A DNA stretch of 64,000 nucleotides from Amphiscolops sp. MND2022 (Eukaryota): positions 60,328,001 through 60,392,000 of the forward strand of contig OZ076409.1 of assembly GCA_964187785.1 (NCBI GenBank). The letters are read 5' to 3'. The notes under the pieces are model-generated. The model searched no databases. It saw only the letters and a program-made list of their open reading frames with translations, and was not told where the DNA came from. Numbering within the stretch: position 1 is the first letter of the stretch; the number at the start of each line of letters is the position of its first letter. Positions 49,846-62,334 of the stretch are shown here, piece by piece. The position numbers were made by a program, and so were the translations under genes.

Positions 49846-51629
49846 TGTTTATTTATTGGGTGTTTTTCTGGACTCCATCTAAATATTTACGCTTCTTAAA
49901 CAGATTTTGTTCTCGCCGCTTCGCTGGTCTGCCATTTGGCCTGGTAGCTAGTAGGCGTAGCGGGGAAGCAAGAATTCTTGGGTTCGAATGCGCTGATCTA
50001 GAGGTTTTTAACGTTTACGGGTGACTTTAACGCCTGTGCGTTTTTTGTTAGAGAAAAAGGTGTTTTTGGAGTCTAAAATATCCAAATTTCAGGTTTGGTA
50101 GCACTGTAATTTTTTGGAAAAAAATTCTCACTTTTGGGTTTTTGAAGTTTTCTTATGTAAAAAATTGTTTTAAAAATCAAGACTGAGTTTAAAAATGGCT
50201 GCTCAGAGTTTTCCATGTAAATTGTCTTTGTTCATATTAAAGATGAAAACTTTTTTATTTTGCTATTCACTAAGTATTGAATAACTTGAAAATTAGGTTT
50301 GGAATTTCATTCAGATATCATAATTGATGTTTTGTGCCTAAAGTCAGTAACTAATTAGCATTTTAAGAAAAACTGCATAAACTTTTTCCTACATGAAACT
50401 ACCCTTAAGGCTCACAGCATCTAAGGTTTTCACTGATCATTAAGAATTTTGGGGGGATTTTCTCCTCAAGCGTTTGCAGATAATTCATTCTTCTGTAATT
50501 TTGCATCTCCAAGTTTCAATTGTGTTGTTACTCTCAAAATCTCGACATTGATTTAAAAATCTAATGAAAGCCTTTTGACAAATAAGAAAGTTTCTTGATT
50601 AAAAACGAAAATGAAAACGAAACTTTCATGACATCAAGAGGCAAACTGTATGTAATTACTAAAAGTTTTTAGATCAATTTGACGCATTATATGAGGTGGA
50701 AATATGGATAAAATGTAAAACTGATGAAAGCCATCTTTCTAGACATGATTGAAAAATTAAGTTTTTCTTGATTCAGGTTTAAAAATATCGACAAAAGGAA
50801 ACGCTTTGCGGCCTAATTGCCATTTAAGATCAGAAAACGATCGAGATATTTCTCAATTGTTCTGACTATTGGTCTCAGTGTCTCTGTTTTTTCCCGAAAA
50901 GGATAATTTTGTTAACTGATTGTCTTAAACAACGGAGACAATTGAAGAATCTTTGAGAACCCTAAACCGAGACAAGGGGACGCCGGAAGCAATTAACTTC
51001 CATCCGTGGATTCCATTAGGACAGAAACGAGTCTAGGTTTGATCAGTGTGCGTTTACCACCTTCATTCGGATCTGAATTTACTTTTTTGCTTGAACTTCC
51101 CTTTGCACTGAATTATCTGACTTACTGGTCAATACTGACTGACCAAAATCTTTTTATCAATATCTTTCCCTCCCAAGAAAACCTTTTTCACTGAAGTATG
51201 CAATATAGAATGATATTACAAATCTTTCCCCAAAAAAGTGTTTAGGGGTAAACTGAAATAATAATAATGTAAGTAATACTGAAGTAATACGCCGAGCCAA
51301 CTAAGTCAGATGACCTTCTGTGGCCTGGAAGCAACTGGGTCTTTTGGAAGAAACTACTGGCCCAGTTGTACTGTGATTCTTTTGCTTGAAAGAAAAAGCT
51401 TGTAGAACTTCCTAATTTAGGATGTGCAACCACTGTTGGCTCCTAAAATCTTCAAATCTTCCGACTGTTTTCACTTCAACATTTTCATCAGCTCTTGAGA
51501 AATTTCAAAAATTTTCTCCAAAATGTCAACACCTTGGAATGTCAACTAAGCCAAAACTTGCGATACGCCCCACTGAAGCAAAATTAAACTTTCATGAATG
51601 ATTATTTGAAAGATTATTCAATTAATATT

Positions 51630-52050
51630 TGTTACCCACTTGTAACTCAGCGCAGACCAGTAAAAAGTAGTACCGATCTGCATTCACATGGTTAATACAG
51701 AGTGGACAATGCGTCTCCTTTACCCCTGTAAATTTTTCCCTGACTTCTGCTATAATCAGAGCAGCACATCGAAATCGACTCAACTCAATTCTGTTTTTTG
51801 TATTCAAGGTAAAAACATATGGCTCGATTCGATATTTGTATTTAAATGCAGCATACACTCTGCAGAGTAGCTTATATTTCATTGATGTGATCCACTGTTG
51901 TATTGACACATCCTGGAGCTTGTTCTTGGTATATTCTTCATTAACATTAAGCGAGCTTCATTAACATTTTCGATAAAATGATAAGCGCCTGGAACTCCAC
52001 ATTCTATCAGTATTATTTGAACACAAGACAACCACTTTTCTGAAAGGGAA
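51630..52050 (-). pseudogene. 3' fragment of a second RTE-X-like LINE
   Basis: LSEKWLSCVQIILIECGVPGA and ELSRFRCA...CPLC...ADRYYFLLVC align by eye with the C-terminus of the 10588-11355 ORF (LSDKWLGTIRHILIECGIPGA; ELSRFRCA...CTLC...ADEYHLLLVC). Confidence 0.85.
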
Positions 52051-53228
52051 AATTTCTTTAGTAAGTCTTAATGAATTTTCCGAACCAGCAATTGGTCTTT
52101 TAGTTGACATTTTCTGAAACAAATTACAGTAACTTGTTTTTTCTCCATCCTTACACTGAAATGTCCACTTTTTTGTTCAAATTGCTACGTTTCGTATTGT
52201 CCTGAAACAAGTCTAAAGTGCATCTAAAACGCGTTGAGCCGTTTACAATGCTATATGGTACTGCGGGGCCCTTCTGCAGTTTTTGGCACTATGCAATTTT
52301 TTTTAATTGTTTGAATTTTACCAAGTGGTTTTCCTTTGACTTTTTGTAATTTTTTCGTTTGATGAAAAACTTTTACTTGACTGAAAGGTTCCGCATTCGG
52401 GTTTTTTCGGCATGTGAGACTCCAGAAGTTGGAAAAAACAGCTCTTCAGCCTTTTCAAAGTAGTTCTTCGCGCTTCTGAAAAATTTCGGGGGCCGCCGAT
52501 TTGGAGTGGATACAGTCTTATTTTTTTGATACACCCATAGGCTCACTAAAACAGTGTCGTTTCCTGGTTTCTACTGTCTAATACGTGAACTAGATACAAT
52601 GCTGAAAGAACCAGATGTCCCAACCCTGTCATGGTTGGCGATCAAACCATTCGTCATATTGCTTTGAAATCGTCAAACCTTGACACACAGTTTTTGTTTC
52701 CAAAAGCACTAGGAACGAAAATCGCAAAAAAATCCGTTTTTCAATTTGGAATCAAACCCGACTGTTAAATTGGCTTTTTGCCTTTTTTTTCAATCCACAC
52801 GAACTGACCAAAATAGATCTACAAAAGTTTACACAATCTTAAGGACCCCATAAACCACAATGTTAAGGACACAAAAAGACCCCAAAAATTTAACACCTAA
52901 AAGTGTCTTCTCGGGACTTTTGAAAATTCCACTCTTCAGCATTTCGAAGAAACCTTCAATAATAATGATAATCTTAAAATCTTGAAATATACTATTTGGC
53001 TCATCACGCTGTATCCGAATTTTCGACGTTATTTCGGAATAAAATTGCGTTTAACTAGGGGGAGGCGGAGGTTCGAAAAGACTGCGCTATATTCGAATTT
53101 TTGACGTTATGTTCAAAATAATTGGTGTTTTACTGAAGAAAGGGCCGAGGTTCAAAAAAGCGCTCCTATTTGGTCAAGCACGCTATATCCGAACTTTTGA
53201 CGTTATATAGCAAGACAATTGCGTTTTA

Positions 53229-54680
53229 CACCTTTTGTAATTCAAATAGAACATTCTGAACATTCGAATAGAACAATTGGAGTTTCAAACTGAACACATA
53301 AAAAATCCATGCCTAGCGGAAGTTCAAATAGAACAGCGGAAATTCAAATTGAACTAATAAAATTTTTGTATAAACAACAGGTATAAACACTTGATATAAG
53401 TCCTTAACATCAACTGAAATCACACGTTTACATGATGTCCTCCATCTGGAGACACCTAGCATAATAGGTAACGCTGTGGTTTTCCCACTCAACACACTTG
53501 TCAGCTGTAATCGCTCTGCTGCTTTCATCAATAAGGGCCTTCAAGTGGTTAAATCGAAATACAGATAAAGTAGCTTCCCCTCTTCCATGGCCATTTGGGT
53601 TGATGAAGATATCTTGGTTGGCAGATAGAAGGTTTTTAAGTTCTGCTTTCCTAGAAGAGAAAGCAGATTCGATTGGGTTGAGCATAGGTGAGTTTTTTGG
53701 AATACGTCTCAAGGGCAGAGTATGAGAGTATACGCTATCATCCAGGTTGCGGTGACTGGGCGCATTGTCGAACAGCATATGGACGTCGGGATTTGAACCA
53801 TATTCAGCAATTAGATTCGCACTGACTTCCATAAGAAACTGACAGAACATGTCTCTCTTCATCCCGCACGGCAAAACGATAAAATGCATCAAACCGTGGC
53901 GGGAGCTGATAGCGGCGCAGACGGTAACGTTGCTGCCAGATTGGGTCGAAGCCAGTCGAAATGATCGTTGTCCTTTTCTTGATCGGCCAAAATTGCGTTT
54001 GGTGCGGATGTGTTGGATCCAAATTCGTCAATGTAAATTTTTAATGCATATACGACTTCCGTACTCATCATCCATTCAACGTGTTGTTTTCGGTCGACTT
54101 TTGTCTCTGAGCTATTTCGTTGCGCTGGAGTATCGCGACTCAGCTTCAGTGTAAACGCCAAGCCATCAATCGCATTGGATAAAGTTTTGTCACAAATTTC
54201 TGGTTTGTTTGGATACCGTCTTCGAAGCTCTTTATTGAGGTTTGAAACTGTGACAAGGGGATTTTCTTCCAATATTTCGACAAAATCCAGCATGGAACTA
54301 TCAACTTTTTTGTAGTTTTTCCGCCCCGCTTTTTCTCTACAGCCTCTCTTCGCACAATAGTGTACGCTGTTGTCCTGTTTGTATTCAGCTGCGTTGCTAA
54401 ATTCAAGAAACCACCTCCATTTCGGTAAACTTCTCTAAGTCTTCCTTTATCAAGACGAGAAATTGTGTTGTAGGCTTGACGAGGCATTGAAAAATTTGAT
54501 AAAATAAATGTATCTATGTAGAATAAATTAGGAGAGAAACGATTGAAAACGGATGTTCAATTTGAATTTCCGCTGTTCTATTTGAACTTCCGCTAGGCAT
54601 GGATTTTTTATGTGTTCAATTTGAATCTCCAATTGTTCTATTCGAATGTTCAGAATGTTCTATTTGAATTACAAAAGGTG
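53229..54680 (-). mobile_element. IS630/Tc1/mariner transposon (1,452 bp) with 126-bp TIRs and a frameshifted transposase
   Basis: Near-perfect TIRs at 53229-53354 and 54555-54680 (starting CACCTTTTGTAATTCAAATAGAAC). TA TSD at 53227-53228 and 54681-54682. Confidence 0.95.
53428..54487 (-). pseudogene. Tc1/IS630-type DDE transposase split by two frameshifts
   Basis: HTH-like N-terminus, then IYIDEFG (D1), FDNAPSH (D2) and SPMLNPIE (E). The frame changes at about 54305 and about 54012. Confidence 0.9.
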
Positions 54681-57600
54681 TACTAGAGGCAGGCGGAGGT
54701 TCGAATCTTATTTGTTTCGATGCTTCATTTCCTTCCAAAGTAAAAAAAAGTAAGATATATCTGAATTTTTGACCTTATATTCGAAATATTTGATATTTTT
54801 GGTAAGAACAAAAGCAAAAAGCCTTTTATGCCCAAAAAGGTCCCCTTTGGATTTTTCGGTACACTACTTCCGAATTTATTCAAAAGACGCTATCCAGTAC
54901 TAATGTTTTTTTGATTGTTTATCAATAAAATATATCAGTTGAGTTGTCAACTCGAAATTTGATTGCAATTTCATTTTTTGTCTGTCACAAAGCATCCATC
55001 GCAGCTTCAGTTTCTGGAAGCGCATTTCCTCGGTTTTCGTATCAACTGAAAATAAGTTAGCTCACCACGTTCTACGTCCGCAGGGGGCGGAGGCGTGGCA
55101 ACGCGCTCTGAGTTTGTAGACTACTCGTTGAATAATACAGTATAAAACTTTTATGGCATTTTGTTCCCAACGCTAGAAAGGATGAGTAATTTATAAATCT
55201 TTCTGCGTGAGCTGAAAAATCATGGTATTGCTAAACGGTAGTTTTTTGTTCGACAAAATTTTTGAGACAAACTTCCATTCCTACTCAAACAATGATTTTT
55301 TCGTCTGTTTCGCGTTTTGTCTTTCATCCATTTGACCGAAAACGAGCAATAATTATTAGTTCCCTGAAATTTCAGGCTGCATTTGAAAGGTCATTAACGC
55401 TGCTACTGACTGACATAGCTTTGTTCTTTTCTATTCAAGTGCGAATGCTTATTCTCCCAGATTTGATTGCTTTCAGTTAAACTTTCTAGGTTTGCAGGAT
55501 CATTGCCATATTCAAAACGTTGGATTGTTCTGGAAAATTTCTCTGCAATGGACATTTCATAATTTTTTTTGTATCTCGAATAACTTACATGGAACGGATA
55601 GATAATTTGCAAACTTAAATTGTGAGTTTTTTCTGACTGCATAAACATTGCTGAGTTCCGAAGGGGCCGAAGTATCTCATTTCGATAAACGCGACCAATC
55701 CATGTTACGGTTTTCTTGAATTTAACCAAAATCATTGGCGAGGTCGCGTCCTGGTATTTAAATTTAGACAGGGCAACTTTTTTTTGCATTTTGTTTGTTG
55801 TTAAATTTTTAGGCCACGTTGATTGGAAAATCGCTTTGAATTTGTGAAATCCTCTATTTCAAAACCTTTTGAACGCGATTCAAAATGTCCAAGTTATCAG
55901 TATGCAATTTCTAAAATCATGTCTGCACAAATGCGTATTTCATCAAAACCGCGTTTTTTCATCAAACCGGATGTGGTTGTAGTAATGGACTTTTTAAATA
56001 CATCCAAAAACTCGATGGTTTGTTTCTTTCAGTTAATCGAATCTCTTTGAAAACAGGAAACCTGCGTCACCAAAGTGGGTTAAAAGGTACTTTTAGTCTT
56101 GCATGGGGTAGGTTTTGAAACACTTCAGTGAAATCTTCAAATGCTGTCGCGACTGATATAATCTCAAAAATTGAAGAACTGTCTGTCCTAAATGATTATT
56201 TAAAACATAATAAGGTTTCAAGTCTAACGATTGGCAATATTTCTTCTCTTAATGGCATCCTACAAAAGGAAAAACAACTTAATTGAGAGAAATGTACTTC
56301 CTGTTATTGGATATAGGAATAACAGTGGAACCTTTTTGTCAATTTAGGTTTGAACTCAGACAATTGATTTTTTTAAATGACACTACGATAAGCAAAAATT
56401 GCTGCAATTTTTTGGGAATAGTTATCGCAAAATGGATAAAATGCTGGAAGCAATATTTAATGAAGTCTCCTTAATGAATTTTAAAATGAACAGCAGGACG
56501 CTAATTAAAAACTCGTCAATGTTGAAATCTAGAATTCAATTTGTTTTCTAATACATGCATTTGTCAACATTTTTTTCGCAAATACCATTCATAAACTCAT
56601 TACAGCTGATAAGATTTGATGGCAAGAAAAGATTAACGTTATTCCAAAAAAAACGAAGCGTTTAGATGAAGGGGTCAACTGAAAAATCTAAGTTTTCGAT
56701 AAAACTTTATTTTATTGTAAAACTTCACGTAGTTTTAAAACGTTATTTCATTAAAAATCAAATTTTGCGACAAATTTTTCAATACCAAAAAATCTTTCGA
56801 AGTTTGGTATATTTTTATAATCTAAGATTTCTGTTTTGTTGGCTTTAAGATAAGTTCCCATCATTTTGCATGAAACTGGACAGTGGTTCTAATTCCGACA
56901 GTTTTCGGCTCCTTTCTGCCCCCCCCCCCCTCACACCACCAAAAATTTTGAAAGCAAATTTTTTCTAAATTTTTCAGACTAGCCTAATAAAATAAAACCT
57001 TCTTTCATAACAGGAAGTTAACGTTTATTAGAATAGTTTGTTGCTTGAACAAATCATTTTCACACGTTCTGGCTATAATTGTTATTAACTGTTTTTTTGT
57101 GACTCAAGACAGTAAGCTGTTGATTTCTTCACCAGGAATGCGTGAACAAAGTTTGTATCTCAATTCTAAACTGTCACCCTGGAAATAAATATAAAATGAG
57201 TTTCAGGCTTGTATTCAAGTCTTTATTATAATTTTTTCACAAATTTTCCAAAAAAAATTGGTGGGGGTGAACAGAAAAGTTTTCAGCTCTAAATATGTCG
57301 TAATAGGTGCCTGTCATGTAAATAGAATGATTCTCCTTCAATAATGTGCTTTTGAGTCAGGACACAAAATATCAAGACCGTACTCTTTGGAAATTGCGCA
57401 ATTTTGCTGTGCACTTGATTTTTTTCTTACACAATTAAGAGTCCCACCTGACAATGTACACAGGACTGGTCAAGAAAAGAATCTTATTGCGACATCTAAT
57501 TGCACAAAAGCAAATACCCATTGAGATGACGTGACAAATGCCATCTGATTGTGCGTCATTGCGTCATTCAAACTAGAAAGTAAAGGAGATGGTAGTGTTC

Positions 57601-58399
57601 TAAACAGAATAACTCGAAAAACATGGAAAATTGTATCAACTAGACCAGCACAATCTTTCGTTCACACACGTCTCGTTGTTATTAGGGATTTTGTTTGTGA
57701 TCTTCGAATATTGAAAAAATCGTATTTATTTTTTTAACTAGTAGACATCAAAGCAAGAAAAGCAATGAAAATGCTGAAAAGTTCCAACTGTTAGAAAAAT
57801 GTTTTCGTGCAATTTTTCACTTGCTCAGTCTAAACTGAGTACAGATAATTTTCGCGTTTTGGTTTTATAGTTGAGAAACTATGGCCCGAAATGGGTATCA
57901 AAAGCAAGTGTCAAATTTTGAAAAAAAAGCAAAAGCATTTCTAGCAGAATGTTTTTGGATATTCTGTGAGGATGGTAACATCTTTAGCTTGTTTCAAGTG
58001 CAGCCTTTTTTGATTATATGTTGTTATTCTGGAGACATACATGAATGGCACAAAATTTCTTTTTGCGGAGAACTTGAAATGTTTTTCTCCAAATCATACC
58101 TCCTAATTTTTTCCAACTGAAGCCAAATCAAAAACTTTTTACCGGTTATTTTATCCACTAGAGCTGCTTGTGGAATGCAAAGGTCGTCCTATTACATGCT
58201 ATGAAGAACCACAGAGAGTTGTTAACCGACAAACTCTACTTACCTAGATTGCCGTTTTATGTTGCTAAACATGTTATTGTTCATTGTTGTGATATGAACG
58301 ATAGAATCGAGTAGAAGATACACTTACAAACATCTCGTGTTAACCTAGATTTAGAGGTACTATTAAAACGCAGCAGCAAGATATAACCTTAGAACCCAA

Positions 58400-58850
58400 A
58401 AACTTCCTACCGACAAAGTAATCAATTATGGCAACCACGAACAGTATGCAATTACCATTATGGAAGATACCGGGCTGGACGGCAAAGAATTATACACACC
58501 GTAAGAATGAACCGAAAGAATTTGGCACTATATCAAAAGCATCCATAACATCCATATCAAACAAATACTAAGGGGTGAAGCAACGCCAATTGGCGAAAGA
58601 TGGGATGGAAAAAACAGCAATCAGAGAAGACCTCATCTGGACACCGAACCGTCAGCAACCGAAAATATCACAACAAGAAAGTTCAACACGGACGCAGACG
58701 CTGTCAAAACCGGCAAATTGCTACACCTATTCCGGGAAGAATACATACCGAAATTGAACACCTATCACAGCCGCGGAGTATTGTTTTGGGGAAAACAGGA
58801 AAATGATGAAACGCCCGAAGAACATTGAAAACGCACTTGCAAACGATAAA
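58400..58850 (+). pseudogene. Possible decayed LTR-retrotransposon gag-like fragment
   Basis: A/C-rich coding-like fragments in shifting frames (ERIWHYIKSIHNIHIKQIL, AIREDLIW, SRGVLFWGKQENDETPEEH). The last resembles gag MHR-like QxxxET motifs. No pol was seen. Confidence 0.4.
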
Positions 58851-59150
58851 CAAGCCGGGAACAGCCCAAGTCGGCGCTTTATCTAAGGCTCAAAGTATTG
58901 GTCAATTGGGGACCTTTTTATGGTAAAAAATTTAAAAAAAGAGTCTCACAATGCCGAAGAAACGGAAAGAGGGGACCCTTTGGGATTTTTTAACTTCCAT
59001 TCTGTCGGAAAATACCGAAAAGTTGAAGGGGGACCTTCTGGGGAATAAATTTTCCAGAAAAAGTCTCACAGAGCCGAAAATACTCTACGGGAGTAGTAGC
59101 CTTTGGCACCGTTGAGTTTCTTAGATGATGTAAAAATACTTCGCAAGCTT
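58850..59150 (-). mobile_element. Partial DINE-1/Helentron-like element
   Basis: ACAAGCCGGGAACAGCCCAAGTCGGCGCTTTATCTAAGGCTC terminus. The body matches 27009-27330. Confidence 0.7.
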
Positions 59151-60528
59151 TTGAAAAAGGATTATTATTTATACTTCATCTTTCAAAATTATTGTTCCTC
59201 CACCAGTTTGACATAATCATTTATAAAACTTCACTTTAAGCTTTGTTTTATTTTTAGCAAACCTTTTAGTTCAACAAAAAGAATTTCGCCCACTGTGGGA
59301 CGTACCAAAGGTTATCCAGAAAAATTTTCACTCAATTTTTGGTTTTTTGATGTTTTCTGTCGAGCAAAACGGTTTTCCGAGGTTCAAAAGTGACTTCTTT
59401 GATTAGTTTTGGGCCATGTGGGATCGATAAGTGTTTTCTAAACAAATGTGGAAAAGACCTAGTGTTATTCGGCTGTGTGCATCTTCTTTTCGAAAGTTTG
59501 TTTCACTAGAGGTCATTGGTTCGGTTTCTTTAATGTTTTCTTTTAAAAAACACGAGTTTATCGAGCTTTTGGGTAGCTTCACCGCTGCGAATTTTTCGAA
59601 CAAAAAACTTTAAAAAATATCAATATCGAGTTATTGTATAAAAAACAGTAAAAAAAAACAAAATCGCAGTGCCACTGCACTTTTTAAATTTTTTCTGTCG
59701 AAATACTGAAGAACTTTTTTGTTTGTATCATAATATCGTTTTTCGCTGTATTTTTTCTGCTATGTTCTTTTTTCATCTTGCATATATACTGTCGAAATTT
59801 CAAACTGTTAAAATATGGGATTTGATATCGTATTCCGATTGTTTCTGACAATTGATTTCCGTGTTGGAGATCTTGTAAGTCTGAAGGTTCGCTCACCGCG
59901 AACATCGGAGAGTCCTGCCGAGTGAAATTGATCATCTCGTGTGCTGTAGTTGGAGCAGAAGAAATATTTCACGGGGGTGTGAAATTGTTAACTTTTTGTG
60001 TCTTTAGCAACTTACAAATTGTCCAGAAAACAGTTTCCTCGTTCGTGAGCAAAATCGTTTTCCCTCTATATATTTGATTTTGTTTCTGCTCCCGGTATTA
60101 CCTCAATTTTGCTCGGAAGTGCTCCAAATTAGAGATGGTAATACCACAAACCAAGCTGTACATATTCAAGCCTTGAAAATTCAATTGAAAGTTAGGCTAT
60201 TCTGCGCATCCGAATCATTCTGTTCTTTTTAAACTTGTTTTTTAACTTGTCTTTCAATTCTCAAAGATAGACACTTTTCATTTTCCAAATTTAATGTTTT
60301 CTGTATGAATTCTACTAATGCTCGTTTTAATAAACCCATCTAAACAATTTCATACTAATCCGCATCATTTCAACATTAAAACAAGGAGTTTAACAAGAAA
60401 AGCGTTTTGCTCAATGAAAGCGACTATATCATGAACTAATGCGACTTTATTTTAATTTCACAACTTTGTTACTTCGTACTTGTTTCATTCAAATATCGGA
60501 GTTCGTTTCAACTTCTTTTGTGTTCAAG

Positions 60529-60761
60529 GATTGATGTTTCTGGTCCAAAAACTGGATAGAGAAAAAAGGGACAACTACACAGTGAGTGTGACTGCTCGCG
60601 ACATGGCTTCGCCTGCCCTTTTGACCCGAAAAGAATTCTTCATCAAGGTCACGGACGTGAACGACAACAAAGTCGAGTTTGTAGGTCCCTTTGACGAGTC
60701 GGGCACTTTCCTGTTTGCAAACGTGTCGGCTAATGTGTCTGTGGGGGCTGTTGTCACGCAG
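60529..60761 (+). CDS. ds: Internal exon of the Dachsous-like cadherin (GLMFLVQKLDREKRDNYTVSVTARD...DVNDN...VVTQ)
   Basis: LDRE, ARD and DVNDN cadherin motifs. Acceptor ttttgtgttcaag ends at 60528 (phase 1) and donor CAG|GTAAGT begins at 60762 (phase 0). It continues the frame from the 45274 exon. Confidence 0.92.
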
Positions 60762-60799
60762 GTAAGTTTCACGCATGAAAAACTTGTAAATTTCAATAG

Positions 60800-61096
60800 C
60801 AAAAGATAAAAAAAATCAATGATAAAACTAAACAACCAATGAAAGATCTGAAAAAACATGAAAGAACATTAAACTTAACATATCATAGTTTTGCCAATAA
60901 CGAGCAGCTGAAAAACAGTCTTTTCAAGAGAGTAGTACCTTTGTGGAACGCGTTGCCTGAAAAACTGAAATTGGGAAATCAGACGTATGAAAATGTAAAG
61001 AAGAGGTTGAAAACGTTTTTTAATGAGAAATTTGTTAATGACATCGATAGACCTCAGTGTAGTCAGAAATGTTGGAGTGAATATCGTTTCAAGTAG
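60800..61096 (+). pseudogene. 3' end of a CR1/L2-like LINE ORF2
   Basis: KNSLFKRVVPLWNALP matches the SFFxRxxxxWNxLP C-terminal motif of CR1/L2-group ORF2 proteins. Confidence 0.65.
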
Positions 61097-61350
61097 TCAA
61101 ATTTTAATGCTCAATATTTGTTTTTTATACAATTTTTTGTAATGTCCATTTTTTTAATAATACGGTTTTACACTGCCCTTCATATATTTGTTTACATTTA
61201 AGATATTTTATATGAAGGAATACAGTGTTTTCTTTCTTTTTTTTAGGATGCTTATAAACATGAAGATTGCATACAAAAAATATTGCATACATGCGTTTGA
61301 AGAAATGGTCTGAATCCGCGTTCCAAAAGTTCTGTCAAAGATCATGACTA

Positions 61351-62334
61351 CCCGGGTTGACCCTCTTACTAGCATCTTGGCTGTCTTGGCAAGATCTTGC
61401 CAAATTCTTACTACATCTTGGCAACCATGGATCCCATGGCAAGATTCTTATTAAGATCTTACTAGGATAATACTTATTCCAAGATCGTATCTTATCACGA
61501 TGGACAAAACTTTAAGATTATAAAAAACACTATACCTTCGGTACAAGCAGCCGAGACTCAATCTAAAGGCTCATTTTACTCAACAACGACTATTTCTACT
61601 CGTTTTCATAATCAAAATGCTTAAACCTGCTGAAAAAATTTTGCGTGCAAAGATGAGTGAAAAATTACGATAACGTAGTCTGGCTTCCGAAATTTTGACG
61701 AGAATCCTAATAACTGCTCACCTGTTTAAGACTGAGAAATGCGAATGTACCAAATGAAAGGTCATTTCAAGGGCTTTCCAAAACTTGTAATTTATCACTC
61801 CTGTCAATTCCAGAGACGGAGAAACATGCTCTCAAACGTCCAGACCCACTATCGGAAAGTTACAAAGGAAAGTCCTTAAAATCCGGAAATTTTTGTAAAA
61901 TTCATATTTTCCGCTTTCTTAGAGCCTGTTTCAGCAGCCTTTTATTACTGCTAGAACTGCTAGAAACGGCTCGAGGCTTTTCTGACGCCGTTGTTGGCGA
62001 CAGTTTTGGAATTGAAAGAACAATTTAAACAGCGTCTTCCTAAATAAATATCTCTTCAATCAAATTTTATACATTGCTAACGGAAGTTTTAATGTCTATC
62101 AATATAAATCTGCAGAAATGTTGATTTTTGTTGAATTCCTTTCAGATTTTTTCTTTCCAAATAGGATTTTAAAATAAAAGTTTTCTTGGAAACATGGCTC
62201 TCTTGATAAAATCTTACCATGGCATCTTGCAAATCTTGGCAATATCTTGTCACGATCTTAGCTAAGATTTTTCCAAGATCTTGGCAAGATCTTGCCAAGA
62301 TCTTACTAAGATATCCATGGAGGGTCGACCCTGG
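61351..62334. mobile_element. MITE with CC...GG termini and CAAGATCTTG palindromic arrays
   Basis: TIR CCCGGGTTGACCCTC / GAGGGTCGACCCTGG, flanked by TA on both sides. Repeated CAAGATCTTG-like units lie at both ends. Confidence 0.8.

Larger units (their letters stand above)
53005..54790 (+). repeat. Degenerate tandem repeat of about 80-95 bp (CGCTATATCCGAA..GACGTTAT..GCGTTTTACT..GGAGGTTCGAA), interrupted by the Tc1 element
   Basis: Three units at about 53005-53228, resuming at 54681. Related units occur at about 19470-19600. Confidence 0.65.
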
